Under the pieces are notes generated by a model that searched no databases, had not been told where the DNA came from, and worked only from the letters and a program-made list of their open reading frames with translations. A stretch of DNA of 36,465 bases, from sequence record DRR378314_1897; one strand, given 5' to 3'. Below are positions 28,980 through 36,465 of the stretch, piece by piece. The position numbers were made by a program, and so were the translations under genes. How positions within the stretch are numbered: position 1 is the stretch's first letter; each line of letters opens with the position of its first letter.

Positions 28980-29597
28980 ATGACCTCCTATGCAGACATC
29001 ATGTTCACCCCAGAGGTGCAGGCCGAACAGGCGCATATTGGAAGCAAGGGAAAATTCGACAGGCGGTACAACGCCAAGCAAGATGAACCTCTTGGTGCGC
29101 CTGAACAGGAGTTTCTGACCTCGCGCAGCACGCTTTACATTGCATCTGTAAACAGTGCCGGGTGGCCCTATGTGCAGCACCGGGGCGGCCCGGCTGGGTT
29201 TCTCAAGATCCTTGATCCATTCACCATTGGATTTGCGGATTACTTTGGCAACCGACAGTTGATCACCAAGGGCAATTTGACCAAGGATGATCGCGTGTCG
29301 GTATTTGCCATGGATTACGCGCGGCAAGCCCGTTTGAAATTGCAGGGCCATGCGACTCTGCAAAATGCCGAGGATGCACCCGATCTGGCGGCGCAGCTTG
29401 CGACCGAAGGTGAGGGGCGTGTGCAGCGGGTGATGACCATTCGCATTGTGGCATGGGACTGGAATTGCCCGAAGTATATCACACCACGCTTTGACACACA
29501 GGAAATGACCGCGCTGGTCGGTCCTGAATTGTCGCGGCTGGAGGCCGAGAATGCGGAGCTGCGCGCGCGGATTGCCACGTTGGAGGGGCGCACGTGA
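28980..29597 (+). CDS. Pyridoxamine 5'-phosphate oxidase-family (split-barrel FMN-binding) protein
   Basis: YIASVNSAGWPYVQHRGGPAGFLK, GFADYFGNRQ....GNL, DWNCPKYITPRF, C-terminal coiled coil. Confidence 0.88.
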   Translation: MTSYADIMFTPEVQAEQAHIGSKGKFDRRYNAKQDEPLGAPEQEFLTSRSTLYIASVNSAGWPYVQHRGGPAGFLKILDPFTIGFADYFGNRQLITKGNLTKDDRVSVFAMDYARQARLKLQGHATLQNAEDAPDLAAQLATEGEGRVQRVMTIRIVAWDWNCPKYITPRFDTQEMTALVGPELSRLEAENAELRARIATLEGRT

Positions 29598-29678
29598 TTG
29601 CGCAGGCCCGGTCCCTTGCCCCGCTGCATGGCCATTTGGGCAGCCACCGCGCGCGCCGGTTGAACCTGCGCCCGCCGG

Positions 29679-29710
29679 GAAGGGGTGTTTTGCGCCCAAG
29701 ACACCCTTTC
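29679..29710 (+). terminator. 14-bp intergenic hairpin
   Basis: gaaggggtgttttg-cgcc-caagacaccctttc, fully paired on the + transcript with two G.U pairs. Confidence 0.55.
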
Positions 29711-29732
29711 AATATTTTCAGGAATTAACCCA

Positions 29733-30704
29733 ATGACACCTCAAGACATGCAAGCCCGCATCGTGCGCTACGGCGATCTGCGCCCCTGTAAAACTGCCTT
29801 TATCGACGCCCATACGCCGGGCAGCGATCAAAAGGAAAACTTCACCATCATCGGTGGCGGCGTATCGGAAAGCCCCGATCAACATGTGCATATCTCCCTC
29901 CCGCACGGGTTTAACATCGGCGCGGCGGGGCAGCCGCCGAAATGCCGCAACTCGCTGCACAACCACCGCACAGCCGAGGTGTTTTTTGTGCTGAAAGGCC
30001 GCTGGCGGTTCTTTTGGGGTGAACATGGTGATGCGGGCGAGGTCATTCTGGAAGAGGGTGACATCTTTAACATCCCGACCAATATCTTTCGCGGGTTTGA
30101 GAATATCGGCACCGATTACGGGATGATCATGGCAATCCTTGGCGGGGACGATGCAGGCGGCGGTGTGATCTGGGCCCCGCATGTGATCAAGGACGCGCAG
30201 GCGCATGGTTTGGTGTTGGGCGAAAACGGCAAGCTTTATGACAGCAAACAGGGCGTCAGCCTGCCCGAAGGGGTGAATCCCATGCCGCTGTTGAGTAAGG
30301 ACGAACTGGCCAAGGTCGACACGCCCACCCCGATGCAGGTCGTGGGCGGCTATGTGCGCCGCTATCTTGATATGTTTGCACTGACCCAATCGGGCAAACC
30401 CTGCAAGGTGATCGGGGAGCGGGGCATCATCCGCGACAAGCCCGGATTTGAGGTGGATTTCATCACCCGCCATTGTGCAACATCGCAGAAACACAGCCAT
30501 GACCGTCCCTCTGTGCTGATGCCGATGCGCGGCCACTGGCGGGTTGAATGGGATGGCGGCAGCGCCACGCTTGCGCCCGGTGACACCATGTCTGTGCCTG
30601 AAAACCTTGCCCATTCCGCGGTGCCGTCGATGACAGGAGAGGCGTCATTGTATCATGTAATCTCTACCGGTGATCCTGCCGGGGCCACATGGACAGGGGC
30701 ATGA
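29733..30704 (+). CDS. Bicupin protein
   Basis: LHNHRTAEVFFVLKGRW...LEEGDIFNIP and KHSHDRPSVL...LAPGDTMSVPENLAH; start ATG 29733 after AGGA. Confidence 0.85.
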   Translation: MTPQDMQARIVRYGDLRPCKTAFIDAHTPGSDQKENFTIIGGGVSESPDQHVHISLPHGFNIGAAGQPPKCRNSLHNHRTAEVFFVLKGRWRFFWGEHGDAGEVILEEGDIFNIPTNIFRGFENIGTDYGMIMAILGGDDAGGGVIWAPHVIKDAQAHGLVLGENGKLYDSKQGVSLPEGVNPMPLLSKDELAKVDTPTPMQVVGGYVRRYLDMFALTQSGKPCKVIGERGIIRDKPGFEVDFITRHCATSQKHSHDRPSVLMPMRGHWRVEWDGGSATLAPGDTMSVPENLAHSAVPSMTGEASLYHVISTGDPAGATWTGA

Positions 30705-30705
30705 T

Positions 30706-31737
30706 GTGACGCTGGTATTTGACGGGCATAACGACGCGCTGGGCCGCCTGTGGTGCGCCAGCAGCGATCCGGTTGCGGATTTTGCCCGTCCCATCGGCCA
30801 TATTAACGTGCCGCAGGCAAAGGCCGGTGGGCTGGGCGGAGGATTGTTCGCCCTGTTCTCACCGCAGGAACGTAAACCGTTTGAGTTCAATGTTTTTGCA
30901 GAGGATGACCGTGATATCCCGCTGTCCCCTCCACTGGAGGAAGGGGCAGCCCTTGTGGCGGCCATCGGGCAGGCGGGGATCGCGCATGGTCTGCAAAACG
31001 CGGGCCATTTGCGGATTTGCACAGATGCGGCAACGCTTGCCCGCAGTTTTGTAGAGGGGCCACTGGCCTGTGTATTGCATCTGGAAGGGGCGGATTGCAT
31101 CGATCCCGATCTTTTGGCGCTGGATACGCTTTATGCATTGGGGCTGCGCTCGCTTGGGCTGGTCTGGTCGCGGCCGACAATTTTCGGGCATGGGGTGCCG
31201 TTTCGCCATGGCAGCGACGGTGATACCGGTCCGGGGCTGACGGTGGAGGGCAAACGGCTGGTCGCCGGTTGTCTTGAGCTGGGGCTGACGGTGGACACCA
31301 GCCATTTGACGATGAAGGGGTTTTGGGATGTCGCCGAGGCAGGAGCCCCGTTGGTGGCCACCCATTCCAACGCTTGCGCCATCGCCAATAACGCCCGCAA
31401 TCTGACCGACGCACAGCTGCGCGCCATCGGTGAAACCGGCGGCATGGTCGGGCTGAACTTCGCCAGTGTTTTTCTGAACCATGCGGCCTGGACCACGGGG
31501 CAGGCGGATCTTGACGATTGCCTGCGCCATCTGGATCATATGATTGCAGTCGCAGGTGAGGATCATGTGGGGCTTGGGTCGGATTTTGACGGGGCCCCTT
31601 TGCCACAGGGCATCGCGTCTGCAGCTGATTTGCCCAAGTTGATTGATGCCATGCGCCGCCATGGCTACGGCGAGGCGCTGATTGCCAAGTTGGCCCATGA
31701 AAACTGGCTGGATTTTCTTGGCCGGCAGTTGGGGTAG
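30706..31737 (+). CDS. Membrane/renal dipeptidase family (M19) amidohydrolase
   Basis: DGHND, HLEG, VDTSH, ATHSN, RNLTD, GLGSDFDG; GTG start 30706 after AGGGG. Confidence 0.9.
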   Translation: MTLVFDGHNDALGRLWCASSDPVADFARPIGHINVPQAKAGGLGGGLFALFSPQERKPFEFNVFAEDDRDIPLSPPLEEGAALVAAIGQAGIAHGLQNAGHLRICTDAATLARSFVEGPLACVLHLEGADCIDPDLLALDTLYALGLRSLGLVWSRPTIFGHGVPFRHGSDGDTGPGLTVEGKRLVAGCLELGLTVDTSHLTMKGFWDVAEAGAPLVATHSNACAIANNARNLTDAQLRAIGETGGMVGLNFASVFLNHAAWTTGQADLDDCLRHLDHMIAVAGEDHVGLGSDFDGAPLPQGIASAADLPKLIDAMRRHGYGEALIAKLAHENWLDFLGRQLG

Positions 31738-31741
31738 GGTG

Positions 31742-32656
31742 ATGCGCTTGTTGTCTGCCTTGATGTTCTGCATGACACTCTGTTCGGGAGCTGTTGCGCA
31801 AAGCTGGCAGGCCGATCTGTCCCGCGATGCGGCCTATCTCGCGGGTGATGTGTCCTTTCCGGGGCTTGGCATGCGTTTCACCTGCCATGCCCGCGCGCCG
31901 GAACATGGCAATGTGATCGATACAATCTGGTTTGAATCCACCATCGCGCCGCCTTCGCAATTTCTGATTGGTTTTTCGGATTCGCTTGTGCCGCTGGGAC
32001 CGCTGTATCGCGATGATCTGACGCTGTTTGTCGGGCAAACCGGATACCGGTTGCCACGGGTCAGCTGGAATGAGTTAAACAGCGGATGGGAGACCCTTGT
32101 AGGCGTTTCCGACAGGATGTTCGCAGCTTTGCCAAATGCCACCCGGCTGGTGTTGCAGGTGGGGAATACGCAAGCCTGGGAGCTGCCAGTGAACGGGCTT
32201 GCGACATCGTTGGCGCAGGCGCAGGCGCACTGCGCCGCAGCTTGGCAGGGCGCGGTACCGGCACCTGATCTGCGCCGCATGGCCGAGCGTTTTGCGGCCT
32301 CCAATTGCAGCGATTTTTTCACCCTTGGCCCGCAGGCAATCCGCACCGCCAATATCGACGGGGACGGCATTCCGGATATCGTTCTGGATTACAACGCCAT
32401 CACCTGTGACAATGACAACAAGCGGCCCGGCGTTTGCGGCGCATCACTTTGCTCTGTCGATATATTTCTGAGCAGGACCTTCGCAAAAACCGGCCAGCCC
32501 GAACAGCTGCTGGGCATGTCCGCTGAGCTTGTGCCGCTCAGCAACGGCAATCAGGCGGTTGCCACCAGTGGCAATCTCTCCATCTGCCAAAGCACGGAAC
32601 CCTGTGCTTTTTATTGGTATTGGGATGGCCACAGCTTCACGCAATTACAACAATAA
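31742..32656 (+). CDS. Hypothetical exported Cys-rich protein
   Basis: Signal peptide MRLLSALMFCMTLCSGAVA; ANIDGDGIPDIV Ca-loop-like motif; CGASLC and other Cys. Confidence 0.7.
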   Translation: MRLLSALMFCMTLCSGAVAQSWQADLSRDAAYLAGDVSFPGLGMRFTCHARAPEHGNVIDTIWFESTIAPPSQFLIGFSDSLVPLGPLYRDDLTLFVGQTGYRLPRVSWNELNSGWETLVGVSDRMFAALPNATRLVLQVGNTQAWELPVNGLATSLAQAQAHCAAAWQGAVPAPDLRRMAERFAASNCSDFFTLGPQAIRTANIDGDGIPDIVLDYNAITCDNDNKRPGVCGASLCSVDIFLSRTFAKTGQPEQLLGMSAELVPLSNGNQAVATSGNLSICQSTEPCAFYWYWDGHSFTQLQQ

Positions 32657-32668
32657 GGGCATTTACTC

Positions 32669-33799
32669 ATGACCATCAAAACCACCCATGTAGGATCCCT
32701 GCCGCGCAGTCAGGAGGTTGTGGATTTCATCTTTGCCCGTGAGAATGGCACCCCCTATGACACAGAGGAATTTGACATCTGCATGACCGCAGCGGTTGCG
32801 GAAACAGTGGCCCGACAGGTGGCGGCAGGTGTCGATATCGTGAGCGATGGCGAGACTTCCAAGATCAGCTATGCGACCTATGTCAAAGACCGCTATACCG
32901 GTTTTTCCGGTGACAGTCCGCGCAATGCGCCTGCCGACCTCAAACAATTTCCATCTTTCCTCAAACGTTTGGCCGATGGCGGCGGCACCCCGCAATATGC
33001 GCGGCCCATGTGCACCGGGGAGGTCAAGAGCAAAGGTCAGGGCGAATTGCAAAAGGACATCGCGAACCTGAAGGCGGCGATGGCGACACATGGGGGCGAG
33101 CGCGGGTTTATGAATGCGGCCTCACCGGGGGTAATCTCTCTATTCTTGCAGAATGATCATTACAAAACGCGAGAGGCCTATCTGGCCGCTTTGGCGGATG
33201 CGATGAAAACAGAATATGAGACAATTGTGGCCGCTGGTCTGGATTTACAGCTGGATTGTCCTGACCTCGCCCTGTCGCGGCATATGCTGTTTAATGATCT
33301 TACCGATGCTGAATTCCTCAAGATCGCGGCGGGTCATGTCGAGGCCCTGAACCACGCCTTGCAGGATGTGCCGCAGGATCGGGTGCGCATTCACATCTGC
33401 TGGGGCAATTACGAGGGGCCACATGTCTGTGATATCGGTATGGGCAAGGTTTTCGACACGCTGATGGCGGCGGATGCGCGTTATGTGCTGTTTGAGACTT
33501 CCAATCCCCGCCATGCGCATGAATGGACTGTGTTTCGGGATCGCCGTGCAGATATTCCTGACGATAAGGTGCTCGTGCCCGGCGTGGTGGATACCACAAC
33601 CAATTTTGTGGAGCATCCAGAGGTGGTGGCCCAAAGGGTTGAACGTTTTGTTGATATCGTTGGCAAGGAGCGGGTGATTGCCGGCAGTGATTGTGGTTTC
33701 GGCACTTTCGCAGGGTTCGGTGCGGTGGATCCCCAGATTGCCTTTGCCAAGCTGGGGGCATTGGCAGAGGGTGCGCGGCTGGCAGGAGAGCGGAGATGA
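32669..33799 (+). CDS. Cobalamin-independent methionine synthase II-like single-barrel Zn enzyme
   Basis: TTHVGSLPR, DIVSDGE, LQLDCP, HICWGN (H-x-C), LFE, PGVVD, SDCGFG; 376 aa, no N-terminal folate barrel. Confidence 0.9.
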   Translation: MTIKTTHVGSLPRSQEVVDFIFARENGTPYDTEEFDICMTAAVAETVARQVAAGVDIVSDGETSKISYATYVKDRYTGFSGDSPRNAPADLKQFPSFLKRLADGGGTPQYARPMCTGEVKSKGQGELQKDIANLKAAMATHGGERGFMNAASPGVISLFLQNDHYKTREAYLAALADAMKTEYETIVAAGLDLQLDCPDLALSRHMLFNDLTDAEFLKIAAGHVEALNHALQDVPQDRVRIHICWGNYEGPHVCDIGMGKVFDTLMAADARYVLFETSNPRHAHEWTVFRDRRADIPDDKVLVPGVVDTTTNFVEHPEVVAQRVERFVDIVGKERVIAGSDCGFGTFAGFGAVDPQIAFAKLGALAEGARLAGERR

Positions 33800-34488
33800 A
33801 CGACAGCTTGTTTGATCTGTTGAAACGCGTTGATACGCCCACAGTTTGCAATGCTATTGAGGTGGCGCAGGGTAAACGCGGGTTTGATGATTTTACCCGT
33901 GGCTCAATGCAATGTTCGGCACCGGGGGCTGCCATGGTCGGCTATGCCCGCACCGCACGCATTCAGGCGGTGAACCCGCCAACAGAGGCACCGGATGTGA
34001 TCAAGGCGCGGCGCATGGCCTATTACAAATACATGTCAGAGGGGCCGCGCCCCGGGGTGGCGGTGGTGCAGGATATGGATGTGCCAAATGCCATCGGGGC
34101 CTATTGGGGCGAGATAAATACCAATGTTCACAAGGCGTTTGGTCTGAATGGTGCGCTGACCGACGGGGTGATGCGCGATCTTGGCGATCTGCCGAACGGG
34201 TTTGTGGTTGTGGCCGGATCGGTAGGGCCAAGCCATGGATTTGTGCATGTGGTGGATTTTGACGAACCGGTGGAGGTGATGGGTATGGCGGTCGCGCCGG
34301 GCGCATTGATCCATGCCGACCGCCACGGCGCTGTAGTGATCCCGGATGATGTTATCCCGCGTCTTGAGGCGGCAATTGCCCAATTGTTCAAATCGGAGAA
34401 AGTGGTGCTGGACGCGACCAAGGGCAAGCGCATTGGCTTTTCTGATTTTGAAGCGGCCTGGGCTGCATTCGAGGCCTCGCGCACCTGA
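33796..34488 (+). CDS. RraA-family protein (HMG/CHA aldolase-like fold)
   Basis: TPTVCNAI, MVGYART, AYWGEIN, TDGVMRD, LIHADRHGAVVIP; ATGA overlap with upstream gene. Confidence 0.88.
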   Translation: MNDSLFDLLKRVDTPTVCNAIEVAQGKRGFDDFTRGSMQCSAPGAAMVGYARTARIQAVNPPTEAPDVIKARRMAYYKYMSEGPRPGVAVVQDMDVPNAIGAYWGEINTNVHKAFGLNGALTDGVMRDLGDLPNGFVVVAGSVGPSHGFVHVVDFDEPVEVMGMAVAPGALIHADRHGAVVIPDDVIPRLEAAIAQLFKSEKVVLDATKGKRIGFSDFEAAWAAFEASRT

Positions 34489-34545
34489 TGCTAAACGCCC
34501 TGAAACGATAAACTTGGAGGGGGCGTTTGGTGCAGCTGTTGCTTT

Positions 34546-34601
34546 TGAGTTTATTGGCAAGATGAAGGGCAGGGGCATGCTTCATCTTGCCCCTAAACTC
34601 A
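34546..34601. repeat. Repeat copies C and D forming a 22-bp inverted repeat between convergent genes
   Basis: tgagtttattggcaagatgaag 34546-34567 vs cttcatcttgcccctaaactca 34580-34601, 20/22 complementary. Confidence 0.8.
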
Positions 34602-34638
34602 TGCTGAACCGTGGTATCAGCGCCAAGTTTTGCAGGTC

Positions 34639-35871
34639 TTATTCCTTGATTGAAGGGGCCCCGCCTTCAAAGGCATTGCCATTCACATAGTCACAGGGTT
34701 CGTCCTGCATTTGCAGGTGGAGCCCGTCCCCCAGGTAGGGATGCGCGCGGGCCAGATCCTCGTCCACGTCGATGCCCAGACCCGGTGCAGTTGGGGCGGT
34801 GATAAACCCGTCCTCAACACAAATGCTGCTTTTGATCAGTTGGTCATGGAATGGGGTTTCTATCGTCTCGGCCATCAGCAGGTTTGGGATGCTGACGCCC
34901 AGGTGAATGTTTGCCGCCCATTCCACAGGCCCCGCGTAAAGATGCGGGGCGAGCTGCGCGTTATAGACTTCGGCCATGGCCGCGATCTTTTTGGTTTCCC
35001 ATATGCCGCCCGAACGCCCCAAGGCCGGCTGTAGAATGGTTGCAGCCCCGCTGCGCAGCACCGGGGCGAATTCGGCCTTTGTCGTCAGGCGTTCACCGGT
35101 TGCCACAGGGATGCGCACCGCATTGGCGACCTTGGCCATTTCGCCGACATTGTCCGGCGGAATAGGTTCTTCGAACCACAGCGGGGTGTAGGGTTCGATG
35201 GCCTGACCCAAGCGGATTGCGCCAGCGGTTGAAAACTGCCCATGGGTGCCAAACAACAGGTCCGCCCTGTCGCCAACCGCGGCACGGATCGCCTTGCAAA
35301 ATGCCACGGATTGGCTGATGTCGGACATCGCCGGCATATGCCCACCGCGCATGGTATAGGGCCCGGCGGGGTCAAATTTGACGGCGGTAAACCCGCGCGC
35401 CACACAATCGGCCGCGGCTTCGGCGGCCATGTCTGGCGAGGTCCAGAAGGCGCTCACATCGTGGTGCGGCAGCGGATAGAGATAGGTATAGGCGCGGATA
35501 CGTTCGTTCATCATCCCCCCCAGCAAAGCGTAGACTGGGCGCTCACGGTGCTTGCCAAGGATGTCCCAACAGGCAATTTCAAGCCCTGAAAACGCGCCCA
35601 TGACAGTGAGGTCGGGCCGCTGGGTAAAGCCCGAAGAATAGGCGCGGCGAAACATGCGTTCAATGTTTTCGGGGTTTTCGCCCTGCATGTGACGGGCAAA
35701 GACATCTTCGATGACATGGCGCATGGCCTCTGGCCCGACAGATGCTGCATAACATTCCCCCCAGCCGACAATCCCGGTGTCTGTGGTCACTTTGACAAGG
35801 ATCCAATAGCGGCCACCCCAACCTGGAGCAGGCGGCGCAGTGACAATAACGTCGAGGTTTTGCAACTTCAT
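34639..35871 (-). CDS. Mandelate racemase / muconate lactonizing enzyme (enolase superfamily) protein
   Basis: ILVKVTTDTGIVGWGE, SGLEIACWDILGK....PVYALLGG, WFEEP, IPVATGE, APH, PTAPGLG; start ATG 35871. Confidence 0.9.
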   Translation of the reverse strand: MKLQNLDVIVTAPPAPGWGGRYWILVKVTTDTGIVGWGECYAASVGPEAMRHVIEDVFARHMQGENPENIERMFRRAYSSGFTQRPDLTVMGAFSGLEIACWDILGKHRERPVYALLGGMMNERIRAYTYLYPLPHHDVSAFWTSPDMAAEAAADCVARGFTAVKFDPAGPYTMRGGHMPAMSDISQSVAFCKAIRAAVGDRADLLFGTHGQFSTAGAIRLGQAIEPYTPLWFEEPIPPDNVGEMAKVANAVRIPVATGERLTTKAEFAPVLRSGAATILQPALGRSGGIWETKKIAAMAEVYNAQLAPHLYAGPVEWAANIHLGVSIPNLLMAETIETPFHDQLIKSSICVEDGFITAPTAPGLGIDVDEDLARAHPYLGDGLHLQMQDEPCDYVNGNAFEGGAPSIKE

Positions 35872-35921
35872 CTTGGGAGCCTTTCGCGGGAGGGGAGGAG
35901 TGGTGCCGGTAACCCGCAATC

Positions 35922-36465
35922 CTAGCAGTCGAACATGATCACGTTGCGCCGGGCGGCCCCGGTTTTGGTATCCGCAATCGCTTCGTTGATCTGACCCAGT
36001 GACCAGCGGCCCGAAATCAGCTCGTCCAGCTTCAACCGTCCTTGCAGATAGAGGTCCACCATCCATGGGATATCCCGCTGGATCACCACATCGCCCATTT
36101 TCGACCCGACCATGCCTTGCCCCATGAAGGCCATCGTCACCGGTTCATAACTGGACATGCCACCCGAATGGGGCATGCCGACCATAATCACCTTGCCGCC
36201 CCCCGCCAGATAGCGTGGTGCCGCGTCATAGGCCGGGATTGCACCCACGGTAACGATTACCGCATCAGCCCCGCGTCCCATGGCCTTGAGTGCGGCGCGC
36301 CATGGTTTTGCTTCGGAGGCTAAAACTCCATCCGTGGCACCGAATTCCTTGGCAACGGCCAGTTTCTCCGCGCTCATATCCACGGCTACGATCCTGCGCG
36401 CCCCGGCAATCCGTGCACCCTGAATGGCGTTCAGCCCAACGCCGCCGGCACCAATCACCACCACA
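35922..36465 (-). CDS. Zn-dependent alcohol dehydrogenase (MDR), 5' end outside window
   Basis: VVIGAGGVGLNAIQGARIAGARRIVAVD Rossmann motif and GRLKLDELIS...L.QINEA C-terminus. Confidence 0.9.
   Translation of the reverse strand, partial: VVVIGAGGVGLNAIQGARIAGARRIVAVDMSAEKLAVAKEFGATDGVLASEAKPWRAALKAMGRGADAVIVTVGAIPAYDAAPRYLAGGGKVIMVGMPHSGGMSSYEPVTMAFMGQGMVGSKMGDVVIQRDIPWMVDLYLQGRLKLDELISGRWSLGQINEAIADTKTGAARRNVIMFDC

Noticed and set aside
32669-33799. Calling the gene metE
   Set aside because: Half the length of MetE, lacks the folate-binding barrel, no cobalamin/SAM riboswitch-sized leader (12-bp gap), catabolic context.
23158-34601. CRISPR array or IS ends for the four CTTCATCTTGCC repeats
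   Set aside because: Copies are dispersed, in both orientations, without regular spacers; no cas or transposase gene and no target-site duplication.
35866-35876. cttcatcttgg matching the repeat core
   Set aside because: Only 10 bp match and it coincides with the ATG-AAG start of the enolase-family gene; may be chance.

Overview
GC-rich alphaproteobacterial chromosome segment, consistent with the Roseobacter group (Rhodobacterales) by gene content and repeat style. Left half (1-18.3 kb) is mostly ordinary metabolism: acyl-CoA dehydrogenase with two LiuR-like MerR regulators, two PaaI thioesterases, MATE, arsC-pyrD-DUF1330-DUF952, 5'-nucleotidase, a membrane AraC/secreted hydrolase pair, MFS, SRAP peptidase, a Cys-less cupredoxin-like protein, and LysR-gcdH followed by a fused 2-oxoacid dehydrogenase E1. 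The right half holds the main candidate for an undescribed system: a ~16 kb co-oriented cluster (18.4-34.5 kb) behind a perfect 16-bp LacI-type palindrome. It encodes a CUT1 ABC transporter, three SnoaL/NTF2-fold proteins (five domains), a HisD/HpsN-like dehydrogenase that matches neither well, an SDR, LacI, a PNPOx-like flavoprotein, a bicupin, an M19 dipeptidase, a MetE-like Zn-thiol enzyme and an RraA-type aldolase, i.e. a probable catabolic pathway for an unknown substrate. A convergent enolase-superfamily gene with atypical active-site residues and a partial Zn-ADH close the window. A short intergenic repeat occurs four times. No rRNA, tRNA, CRISPR or transposase was seen. All family assignments are by motif recognition, not database search.
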